Shown in pieces: positions 7,720 through 15,469 of a stretch of DNA of 64,000 nt (its first letter is position 1; each line of letters opens with the position of its first letter). The notes beneath the pieces were generated by a model. It saw nothing but the letters and a program-made list of their open reading frames with translations, did not search any database and was not told where the DNA came from. This DNA is from an uncultured Steroidobacteraceae bacterium (GTDB lineage Bacteria; Pseudomonadota; Gammaproteobacteria; Steroidobacterales; Steroidobacteraceae), in contig CAYNTW010000010.1 of NCBI GenBank assembly GCA_964400085.1, positions 14,342 through 78,341 on the forward strand, given 5' to 3'. The position numbers were made by a program, and so were the translations under genes.

Positions 7720-9054
7720 TTGCCCATTGGCGGCCTCTTGAGCGAACTTTCCCAGCAATCCCTCTGGGCGGCCACGGCGGGCCCCGGACCGGAGCTCGCC
7801 ACGCTCGCGGGCGAGCGGCGCGCGCAGGTGACCGTGATCGGCGCAGGTTACACGGGCTTGTCAGCGGCCCTGCACCTGGCCGAAGCCGGTCGCGACGTGA
7901 TCGTCCTGGAAGCCGCCGGTGTCGGGGAGCGCGCCTCCGGGCTCAACGGCGGACAGGTCATTGCGGGAGTCAAGTACGATCCTGACGTACTGGAAGAGAT
8001 GTTTGGCTGCGACCGAGGCCGTCGCCTGGTCGAAACCGTGGCGCGGGGTCCGGATCTCGTGTTCGACCTCATTCGCCGGTACGAGATCGACTGCGATGCC
8101 ACGCGGACGGGTTGGATTCAGCCCGCGACTTCGGAGGTCGCGCTGCTGGGGCTGCGCGCTCGTGTTGAGCAGTGGCGGCGTCGCGGCGCTCCCGTGGAGC
8201 TGCTCACGCGCGAGGAAACACGACGGCTCACGGGCTCGAGCCGCTATTGGGGAGGTTGGATCGATCGGCGTGGCGGCACGGTGCAGCCCCTTGCGTACGT
8301 TCGGGGGCTCGCGTTCGCGGCTCTAAAGTGCGGCAGCCGTATCTTTCACCGTAGTCCTGCCACGAAGCTTTGCCGCTCTGGAAGCCAGTGGCGGGTCGAC
8401 ACCCCACGGGGTAGTGTTGTGAGTCCGACCGTCATACTGGCGACTGACGCTTACGCGGATCGGCTCGTCGATGTCGTTCGACGCACTGTCGTGGCGGTGC
8501 CTTCTTTTCAGGTGGCGACCGCACCCCTGCCCGCGGACTTGCTCCGCACCATACTTCCGGAGCGGCAGTCGGCTTCCGATACGTGGCACCTGCTGCGCTA
8601 TTTCAGGATCGACAGGACGGGGCGGCTGCTCATGGGCTCGCGCGGTGTTTTTGGCAATGCGCCAGTGGCCGCGCAGGCACGCCATCAATATCGGGCCGTG
8701 CGGGATATCTACCCGCAGCTCGCCGGTATCCGCTTCGACTATCACTGGGGCGGGCTCGTCGCGGTGACCGGTGATCATCTGCCACGGCTGCAGGAGATCG
8801 CACCTGGCCTCCTGGCCGGCTTTGGATATAACGGTCGTGGTGTCGCGATGGCGACCATGATGGGATCGCTGCTCTCGAGGTGGGCAATGGGAGAGCGCGC
8901 CGCGGAGCTGGGTTTCCCCGTCACCCCGGTAGACCCCCTGCCTTTGCACGCGTTTAGTCAGCTCGGCGCGCGCGTGGCCGTGCAATACCTGCGCACGTTG
9001 GATGCTCTGGCGCGCGTACGGGAAAAGGTGGCCAGCCCTGCGCACGCGAATTGA
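7720..9054 (+). CDS. FAD-dependent oxidoreductase, DAO family (gamma-glutamylputrescine oxidase / sarcosine oxidase beta-like)
   Basis: 444 aa with the N-terminal dinucleotide fold VTVIGAGYTGLSAALHLAEAGRDVIVLEA. Overall resemblance to DAO-family amine oxidoreductases. TTG start predicted. Confidence 0.8.
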   Translation: MPIGGLLSELSQQSLWAATAGPGPELATLAGERRAQVTVIGAGYTGLSAALHLAEAGRDVIVLEAAGVGERASGLNGGQVIAGVKYDPDVLEEMFGCDRGRRLVETVARGPDLVFDLIRRYEIDCDATRTGWIQPATSEVALLGLRARVEQWRRRGAPVELLTREETRRLTGSSRYWGGWIDRRGGTVQPLAYVRGLAFAALKCGSRIFHRSPATKLCRSGSQWRVDTPRGSVVSPTVILATDAYADRLVDVVRRTVVAVPSFQVATAPLPADLLRTILPERQSASDTWHLLRYFRIDRTGRLLMGSRGVFGNAPVAAQARHQYRAVRDIYPQLAGIRFDYHWGGLVAVTGDHLPRLQEIAPGLLAGFGYNGRGVAMATMMGSLLSRWAMGERAAELGFPVTPVDPLPLHAFSQLGARVAVQYLRTLDALARVREKVASPAHAN

Positions 9055-9063
9055 TGCGGTATC

Positions 9064-9615
9064 ATGTCCGACATGATGCTGGATCCTGCCATCGGACTAC
9101 TGCTGGTTGCTGCGATAGCGCTGCTGTTCGCGAGCGCCAGCGCGCACAAGTTGCGCGACTTGCGCCGGTTCGAGGAGATTTTCGCGGCCTACGGCGTGTT
9201 CACGTCCATCTCGCGCTGGCATCTGTCTCGCGTGATTCCGCTACTGGAGCTGGCTGTTGCCGCGGGTTTGGTGTTTGATCCTTCGAGATCCTACGCGGCA
9301 GTGGCCGGTATCGCGCTGTTGTCGACCTATGCCGGCGCGATCGCGATCAATCTGCGGCGTGGCCGCCGTGATCTCGCTTGTGGCTGTGGCGGCCCCGATG
9401 AGCGGCGACCCATAGCGCCCTGGATGGTATGGCGAAATGTCGTACTCGCTCTGGCCCTGGTACTTGCGCTCGCGCCCTGGACGTCGCGACCTGTCAACTT
9501 CACGGATGCTGTAACTGTCGTATTTGGCGTGCTGACGCTCGCACTGGTCTATCTTTGCGTCGACGCAATGATGGGGTACCTGCAGCGGGTGGCCCAGCTC
9601 AGAGGCTCGAGATGA
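9064..9615 (+). CDS. mauE: MauE-family membrane protein, copy 1
   Basis: 183 aa, 4 TM, with a conserved CGCGG motif after TM3 (RRGRRDLACGCGG). Paralogous to 22350..22913. Followed by MauD with an ATGA overlap. Confidence 0.8.
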   Translation: MSDMMLDPAIGLLLVAAIALLFASASAHKLRDLRRFEEIFAAYGVFTSISRWHLSRVIPLLELAVAAGLVFDPSRSYAAVAGIALLSTYAGAIAINLRRGRRDLACGCGGPDERRPIAPWMVWRNVVLALALVLALAPWTSRPVNFTDAVTVVFGVLTLALVYLCVDAMMGYLQRVAQLRGSR

Positions 9616-10205
9616 CGGCTTTGGCCATTTCCAACATCATCCTTTGGATCGTGGTGCTCGCATTGCTCGTGGTCGTGCTGGCCTTGACGAGACAACTCGG
9701 CGTTCTACACGAGCGCATCACGCCCGTCGGGGCGCTGATGTTGAACAAGGGGCTCGCGGTCGGAGAACGGGCGCCGGCGGTGGATGTGGAGGATCTCGAG
9801 GGTACCCGGCTGCGGGTTGGATCGCCCCGCCCTGATGGGAAGAGCACGTTGCTCTTGTTTGTCTCCCCGACATGCCCGGTATGCAAGTCGCTCCTGCCGA
9901 TCGTGAAATCGAGCGGCAAGGACGAGCGGAGCTGGCTCGATATCATTCTCGCCAGTGATGGCGATCCCAACGAGCACCGCGAGTATGTCCGGGCGAACGG
10001 GCTGGCCAATGTTCCTTACGTGGTGTCCGCGCCCCTGGGCATGACTTATCAGGTGAGCCGATTGCCGTTTGCGGCGCTCCTGGACGAGGCGGGGGTCTTG
10101 CGCGCCCGAGGGCTCGTCAACTCTCGGGAGCACCTGGAGAGCTTGTTCGAGGCAAAACGACTGGGAGTGGCCTCGCTGCAGGATTATTTTGCCAACGTGA
10201 AGTGA
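9612..10205 (+). CDS. mauD: MauD-family thioredoxin-like accessory protein, copy 1
   Basis: ORF 9429..10205 trimmed to MTALAISNIILWIVVLALLVVVLAL (membrane anchor). Thioredoxin-fold motif FVSPTCPVCK. Paralogous to 22923..23540. Confidence 0.8.
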   Translation: MTALAISNIILWIVVLALLVVVLALTRQLGVLHERITPVGALMLNKGLAVGERAPAVDVEDLEGTRLRVGSPRPDGKSTLLLFVSPTCPVCKSLLPIVKSSGKDERSWLDIILASDGDPNEHREYVRANGLANVPYVVSAPLGMTYQVSRLPFAALLDEAGVLRARGLVNSREHLESLFEAKRLGVASLQDYFANVK

Positions 10206-10325
10206 GCCGGCGCGTCGGCTTGGCAGGGCTGCGGCGAGGCTCGGAAGCAAGTATCGGAATGCCTGGGAACGGGCGGGGAGGCATTCTGACCGCTCAGCCA
10301 TTGAGTTGCAGGAGGCGCCGTAGCC

Positions 10326-11093
10326 ATGAATGCCGAGCCGCGAGCTTTACCGTCACGCATCGGAACGGACGGGCCGACTGGGCCGCACCGGATCTCGGAT
10401 CGGGTGCGGGGAGCGGACTGGGGGCGGATCCGCGAAGAGCTGAACGCATCCGGCAACGCCGTGGTGGAGAAACTGCTCACTGCGGCCGAATGCCGGGCGC
10501 TCGCCGGGTTCTATTCGGCGGAGAGCTCGTTCCGGAGCCGCGTCGTGATGGCGAGGCATGGATTCGGGCGTGGCGAGTACAAGTATTTCGTCTATCCACT
10601 TCCCCAGATTGTCGCGGAACTGCGTACCACTCTGTATCCGTACCTGGCGCCGATCGCCAATGGTTGGAACGGGCGCATGGGCATCGATGTCACGTATCCA
10701 TCGGATCACGCTGCGTTTCTTGCGCGCTGCCGCCGAGCGGGCCAGGACCGCCCGACGCCGCTCCTCCTGCAATATGGGCCCGGAGACTACAACTGCCTGC
10801 ACCAGGATTTGTATGGTGAGCATGTCTTCCCATTGCAGGTGGCCATCCTGCTCTCCGCCCCGGGGGTGGACTTTACCGGTGGTGAGTTCGTCATGACCGA
10901 GCAGCGGCCGAGAATGCAGTCCCGTCCGGAAGTCGTGCCGCTCGGGCAAGGTGACGGGGTCGTTTTCGCGGTCCACCATCGCCCGGTCCAGGGAACTCGC
11001 GGGGTCTATCGGGTGAATCTCCGGCACGGTGTCAGCCGTGTGCGAAGTGGGCAGCGACATACGCTGGGCGTCATTTTCCACGACTCGAAGTGA
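10326..11093 (+). CDS. 2OG-Fe(II) oxygenase-like protein
   Basis: 255 aa with an H-x-D motif (CLHQDLYGEH) and distal His/Arg (NLRHGVSRVRSG). No signal peptide. Confidence 0.65.
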   Translation: MNAEPRALPSRIGTDGPTGPHRISDRVRGADWGRIREELNASGNAVVEKLLTAAECRALAGFYSAESSFRSRVVMARHGFGRGEYKYFVYPLPQIVAELRTTLYPYLAPIANGWNGRMGIDVTYPSDHAAFLARCRRAGQDRPTPLLLQYGPGDYNCLHQDLYGEHVFPLQVAILLSAPGVDFTGGEFVMTEQRPRMQSRPEVVPLGQGDGVVFAVHHRPVQGTRGVYRVNLRHGVSRVRSGQRHTLGVIFHDSK

Positions 11094-11194
11094 CGCGTGT
11101 TCGAAGCGCGGCGTTCCCAGTGTCCGCGCTCGCGTGGCTGCGCACCGCGTGCCATGATGTGGCCTCTCGAGCCGTTCACTGCAAGGGTGTATTT

Positions 11195-11797
11195 ATGCGA
11201 CGCGTGCTGTTGAGTGTGTTGGTGTCGGGTCTGGTGGCGCTGCCCGCGGTCGCGGCCCTGAAGGAAGGCGACACCGCGCCTGACTTCAAGACCCAGGCCT
11301 CACTTGCGGGCAAGGCTTTCAATTTTTCGCTGCAAGACGCCTTGAAGAAAGGCCCGGTCGTGGTCTACTTCTACCCCTCCGCCTACACCGGTGGGTGCAA
11401 CATCCAGGCGCATACTTTCGCCGTCAATAGCGACAAGTTTGCTGCCGCGGGCGCCACCATCATCGGTGTGTCCCTGGACAGCATCCAGAGGCTGAACGAC
11501 TTCTCGGCCGATCCGCAGTACTGCGCGGGCAAATTTCCGACCGCCTCGGATGCGGATGGAAAGATCGCCCGTTCCTACGACCTGAAGGTGATGGAGGGGC
11601 GTCCCGGGATGAAGGATACCCGTGGGGTCGAGATCGATCATGGCTTTACTGAGCGCACCACGTTCGTCATCAAGCCGGATGGGAAGATCGCGGCGACCAT
11701 TGGCGGGATTGCACCGGCGGAGAACGTGGACAAGGCGCTCGCGGAAGTGCAGCGGCTGGCCGCCTCCAAGGGCGAGGGGAAGAAGACCGGCGGCTGA
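11195..11797 (+). CDS. secreted peroxiredoxin (BCP/PrxQ-like, AhpC/TSA family)
   Basis: ORF 11090..11797 trimmed to MRRVLLSVLVSGLVALPAVAA (signal peptide). Peroxidatic Cys context is VVVYFYPSAYTGGCNIQ. Confidence 0.8.
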   Translation: MRRVLLSVLVSGLVALPAVAALKEGDTAPDFKTQASLAGKAFNFSLQDALKKGPVVVYFYPSAYTGGCNIQAHTFAVNSDKFAAAGATIIGVSLDSIQRLNDFSADPQYCAGKFPTASDADGKIARSYDLKVMEGRPGMKDTRGVEIDHGFTERTTFVIKPDGKIAATIGGIAPAENVDKALAEVQRLAASKGEGKKTGG

Positions 11798-11806
11798 GCC
11801 CGATGG

Positions 11807-12385
11807 TCAGGTTGGGTCGGCGGCGGACAACGCCATGAGAATGAGCGCCCAGCCCCCAAAGATCATGTTGATTCCGATGAGGAGCCCGAGTGCCCACACG
11901 GCCGTGCCCGGGAGGCCGGCGAACAGGATCAATCCGAGCACCAGGTCGACGATGCCGCTGGCGAGCATGTAGCCCCAACGTGGCGTGCCACTGCGGTGCT
12001 CGAGGGCATAGAAAATGGATACCGCGCCTTCTATCAGCAAGAAAGCGATCAGCACGGAAGTCAACGAGAAGGCGCCCTGCAAGGGCCAGGCCAGGAGCAG
12101 CACGCCGGCGACGATGCCGATGATCGCGGACAGCAAGGACCACCAGAAGCCGGGCAGTTGACGTCCACGGAAGGTTGTGAAGAGGCCGACAACGCCGCTC
12201 ACGAGCAGGATCCACCCGAAGAAGATCGTTGCCGCGACCGAGGCGACGGCGGGCACCAGCACGGCGAGCACGCCCAAGGCGAGCAGCAGGATGCCTTCAA
12301 AAAGAAAGAGTCCGCGGTGGCGCCTTACGGCGGCACTCATGGCCGCGCGGACCGTCGATGCGTCCATGGATGGATTTGTGGCCAT
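11807..12385 (-). CDS. HdeD-family (DUF308) membrane protein
   Basis: 192 aa, 6 TM, with repeated GxxxLxxG-type helices typical of HdeD/DUF308. Confidence 0.7.
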   Translation of the reverse strand: MATNPSMDASTVRAAMSAAVRRHRGLFLFEGILLLALGVLAVLVPAVASVAATIFFGWILLVSGVVGLFTTFRGRQLPGFWWSLLSAIIGIVAGVLLLAWPLQGAFSLTSVLIAFLLIEGAVSIFYALEHRSGTPRWGYMLASGIVDLVLGLILFAGLPGTAVWALGLLIGINMIFGGWALILMALSAADPT

Positions 12386-12416
12386 TGCACTTCCTCCAAT
12401 CTGGTAAGCCGGAGCG

Positions 12417-12737
12417 TCAGTGTCGCCAGTCGCTAGGACAACCGGCTTCCATATCGCCGGCGCCGGGCTCGACGCCCTTACCCGTGACGCGGCCGTTCTG
12501 GTGACTCATCCAGTCGGACTCGCGTGGGGCCTCCCAAGCAATGACGTCGAGCGCGCCTAGTTTGCGCAGCATGTCGGTCACGGCCGTTTGTGTTTGTCGG
12601 GACACACCGGCGCGGATCGCGCATCCGGCGGTAATCGTGGCGCGCACTCCTTGATCACGCAAATCATCGAGCCGTTCCAGGGCCGCGTGGGCTTCTTCCG
12701 CCACTGAGAAGATCGCAATGACTTCAATCTCGCTCAT
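12417..12737 (-). CDS. hypothetical small protein
   Basis: ORF 12417..12815 trimmed to MSEIEVIAIFSVAEEAHAALERL. No family recognised. Start uncertain. Confidence 0.4.
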   Translation of the reverse strand: MSEIEVIAIFSVAEEAHAALERLDDLRDQGVRATITAGCAIRAGVSRQTQTAVTDMLRKLGALDVIAWEAPRESDWMSHQNGRVTGKGVEPGAGDMEAGCPSDWRH

Positions 12738-12760
12738 GGCCGTCATCCGCCGGATCATGG

Positions 12761-12794
12761 GAGCAAGCCGTATGCCGGAGCAAGCCGTATGCCG
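12761..12794. repeat. perfect tandem duplication of a 17-nt unit (gagcaagccgtatgccg x2)
   Basis: 12761-12777 and 12778-12794 are identical, followed by a partial third copy (caag). Lies between the stop of 12834..13721(-) and the predicted start of 12417..12737(-). Confidence 0.9.
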
Positions 12795-12833
12795 CAAGGT
12801 GCGACAGTACCTCACGGGCCGGCTTGGTGCATG

Positions 12834-13721
12834 CTATTCACCAGGCGGTCGCGGTGCTCGAGGAAGCGATGCTTGCGGTGAAAGGGGCGTGTGGATCTTG
12901 CGCAGCTCGGCGGAGCGGATCCGGGAAAACTTGCCATCCTCCAGGTCGTAGAGGGCGACCGTGTTGATGAAGATCCGCTCTCCTTTGCGCATCGGTCCGG
13001 CGGTGAAGTCCGGCAGATCCTGCAGGGCGAGAAACTCCGATTGCAGCTCCGCCGCGATGGCGTCCGGCGTCGTGATGAGCCTGTTGACCGTGATCGTCCG
13101 GCGGGTCGTGGCTTTCACCGAGCGATAGAACTCGAGTATCGACTCGCGCCCACGGAGCTCGTGTTTGCCGGCGATGACGAGGGTGACGTCGGGGGTGTAG
13201 TAGTTTGCGAATCCGGCGTAGTCGTTCCGGTTGAAGGCGTCGATGTAGCTTGCGAACTGCGCGCGGGAGAGGGCGCGACCGTTTGGGGACCTGGTCGGTG
13301 GCGGCTCGGTGGGTTCGGGGAGAGACCCACGGCGGTAGTGGGCGGCGCGGACTCGCGAGAATTCCCGTCCGGCCATCTCGTACCAGACAAAATTTCGCGA
13401 TGTCCGCGTTTCCCCCTTGTAGATCGGGCCGGCGGGGAAGTCTGGCCAGTCCTCCAGCGCGTGCAGCTCGGTCACGAGGTCGGCCACCAGCTCCTGTTCG
13501 CCCCGGACGATCTGTCGGATCTCGATTCTCTCACGCAGCCGCGAGTGCACCTGGCGATAGAATCCAACCACCGCATCCCGGCCGAGGAAGCGACCGGCGC
13601 GACCTTGAAACTCGACATTGAGCGCGTAGTAGCGGCCGAACGTGTCAAAGTCGCTGCGGTTGAATGCGGCGATATATTCCCGATAGTCCGCCTCGGTCAG
13701 GCTTGCCGGCGCAAGCGTCAT
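12834..13721 (-). CDS. tandem NTF2/SnoaL-like double-domain protein
   Basis: 295 aa with an internal duplication. YREYIAAFNRSDFDTFGRYYALNVEF...LEDWPDFPAGP matches FASYIDAFNRNDYAGFANYYTPDVTL...LQDLPDFTAGP. No signal peptide. Its ATG overlaps the tannase stop (ATGA at 13718-13721). Confidence 0.7.
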   Translation of the reverse strand: MTLAPASLTEADYREYIAAFNRSDFDTFGRYYALNVEFQGRAGRFLGRDAVVGFYRQVHSRLRERIEIRQIVRGEQELVADLVTELHALEDWPDFPAGPIYKGETRTSRNFVWYEMAGREFSRVRAAHYRRGSLPEPTEPPPTRSPNGRALSRAQFASYIDAFNRNDYAGFANYYTPDVTLVIAGKHELRGRESILEFYRSVKATTRRTITVNRLITTPDAIAAELQSEFLALQDLPDFTAGPMRKGERIFINTVALYDLEDGKFSRIRSAELRKIHTPLSPQASLPRAPRPPGE

Positions 13722-15355
13722 TGGATATTTGCCCCGACCCAGTCGTAGTGGTCATCCGGTTCTTTGGCTGGCATGACGCCGACGAAGCTGTGGGCGTCGT
13801 TGAGATCGCCTTTGACGTACTTGGCGCGCTCGGGATAGGCGAACAGCGGCCTCTGGCGGATGCTGCCGTCCGCCATCCGGGCGGCGGCCACGAGCTGCCG
13901 GGGCGGCTGTTGTCGCTCGACCCAGTTCACCATGGCGCTGAGAAAATCTTCCTGGTAAGGGATATATCCACCGCCGCAGTGATACACGCCGGGCACCAGG
14001 AAGAGTCGCGCGAACTGGCGCGTGGCTTCGAGCCCTCCCATGACGTCACGGATGGCTTGATAGTACTCGGGCATGCCATAGATACCTGAGGCCTGGTCTG
14101 CGGTACCTTGCCAGAGGATCAGCTTGCCGCCGGCGTCATGGAACGCATGCAGATCGGGACTGCGCGGATCGTAGACCGCGGCGGCCGCTTCGAGCTTCTG
14201 GAAGCTCTGCAGATCAAACTTCCAATCGCGCCACGTGAACAGCGGCGGAAGTTGGTTCGGAAACGCGAGATCCTGCAGGAATCCACCCGCTGCGACGCCC
14301 GTGACGGTGAGCGCGCCGGGCTGACCCCAGAGTAGCTCGGAGCCGTAGGGTAACCCGCCCGGAAATAGCCGATGGCCCGCATCGTCCATCGGACCTTGAT
14401 ACAACAGGCGCGCGGCGGTGACCTGATCAGGCGTCAGACACGCCGGCGGCTGCTGTCCTGGGCGGCACGCGAGCTTACCCGGGTCATAGTGACACAGCCG
14501 CGGATCATCGATCTGGCCGTCGCGTGTGCCGTCCAGGGCATCGCACTTCTCGAGCACCGCACGGTGCAGCAGCGCGGTCGCTTCCTGTGTGAGGATCGGC
14601 TGTCCGTCGGCGGCGATGTCAACATGCGTGTCCCAAAGGAATTGCTCCATCACCGCCGGCATGGAGAAGACCGAGCCGGCCACGATGCCGTTGAAGTCGG
14701 TTGGATAACGCTGCGACTCCATGAGCGCTTCGCGGCCGCCATCCGAACAACCCTGGAAGTACGACCACTGGGGCGCCTTGCCGTAGTAGGTAGCCAGGAT
14801 CGTCTTGGCCGCGATCTGCGCTACGTGGGTGGCGCGGTAGGCGTAGTCCTCGCGTAGCTCCGGTGCGTCCTTGGCCCAGGCGCCATCTCCCATCCCGGCG
14901 CCGACGTGCCCGGAATTGTTGAAACCTACGGCGAAACTGCCCCTGAACGCGGTGATGCTATCGCATGAGGGCTGCAACGAGTCCCCGATGATTCCACACA
15001 TCCCACCGCAGCCGCCCTGGAGGTAGCGCCCCGCGTAGGTTTTGGTTGGCAAATACAGAGCAAACTGCACCTGGGGGGCCACGTATCCCTTCACCAGGCA
15101 CAGCTCCGCGCGGTCGGCCTGCGCTGGCTGAACAGAGGCGGAGAGGATACGGAACACGACGTCTTGTACGGGTGCGAAGGCGTGCGAGGCTAATGCTTCG
15201 CAGGTCATTACGGGGAGCTCGGTCGGCCGTTCGGGCAGAGGCTGGAGCGGTGGGCTCGCGGTCTGTGCCATCGCCGTCGGTGATAGCAGTGCGGCTCCCG
15301 TGAGCGTGATCAGCAGCACCGCGGCCCACGATGTCGATCCGTTTCTGGTGACCAT
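13718..15355 (-). CDS. tannase / feruloyl esterase family hydrolase, secreted
   Basis: ORF trimmed to MVTRNGSTSWAAVLLITLTGAALLSPTAMAQ (signal peptide). Family motif YFQGCSDGGREALMESQRYPTDFNGIVAGS. Confidence 0.85.
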   Translation of the reverse strand: MVTRNGSTSWAAVLLITLTGAALLSPTAMAQTASPPLQPLPERPTELPVMTCEALASHAFAPVQDVVFRILSASVQPAQADRAELCLVKGYVAPQVQFALYLPTKTYAGRYLQGGCGGMCGIIGDSLQPSCDSITAFRGSFAVGFNNSGHVGAGMGDGAWAKDAPELREDYAYRATHVAQIAAKTILATYYGKAPQWSYFQGCSDGGREALMESQRYPTDFNGIVAGSVFSMPAVMEQFLWDTHVDIAADGQPILTQEATALLHRAVLEKCDALDGTRDGQIDDPRLCHYDPGKLACRPGQQPPACLTPDQVTAARLLYQGPMDDAGHRLFPGGLPYGSELLWGQPGALTVTGVAAGGFLQDLAFPNQLPPLFTWRDWKFDLQSFQKLEAAAAVYDPRSPDLHAFHDAGGKLILWQGTADQASGIYGMPEYYQAIRDVMGGLEATRQFARLFLVPGVYHCGGGYIPYQEDFLSAMVNWVERQQPPRQLVAAARMADGSIRQRPLFAYPERAKYVKGDLNDAHSFVGVMPAKEPDDHYDWVGANIQ

Positions 15356-15398
15356 AGTCTGCGCAACCCCTCTGGTCGTTTCGTTATGAACTATACAT

Positions 15399-15413
15399 GT
15401 TATGGACAATAAC
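15399..15413. promoter_or_regulatory. inverted repeat GTTAT-GGACA-ATAAC in the tannase / TonB-receptor divergent promoter region
   Basis: Perfect 5-nt arms inside an AT-rich stretch. Candidate operator for the MarR encoded at 18301..18759. Confidence 0.3.
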
Positions 15414-15469
15414 AACTATTCGGCATAAATTGAACCGACCAGAAGCGATTCGCAAGAGGGGGGTTCATT

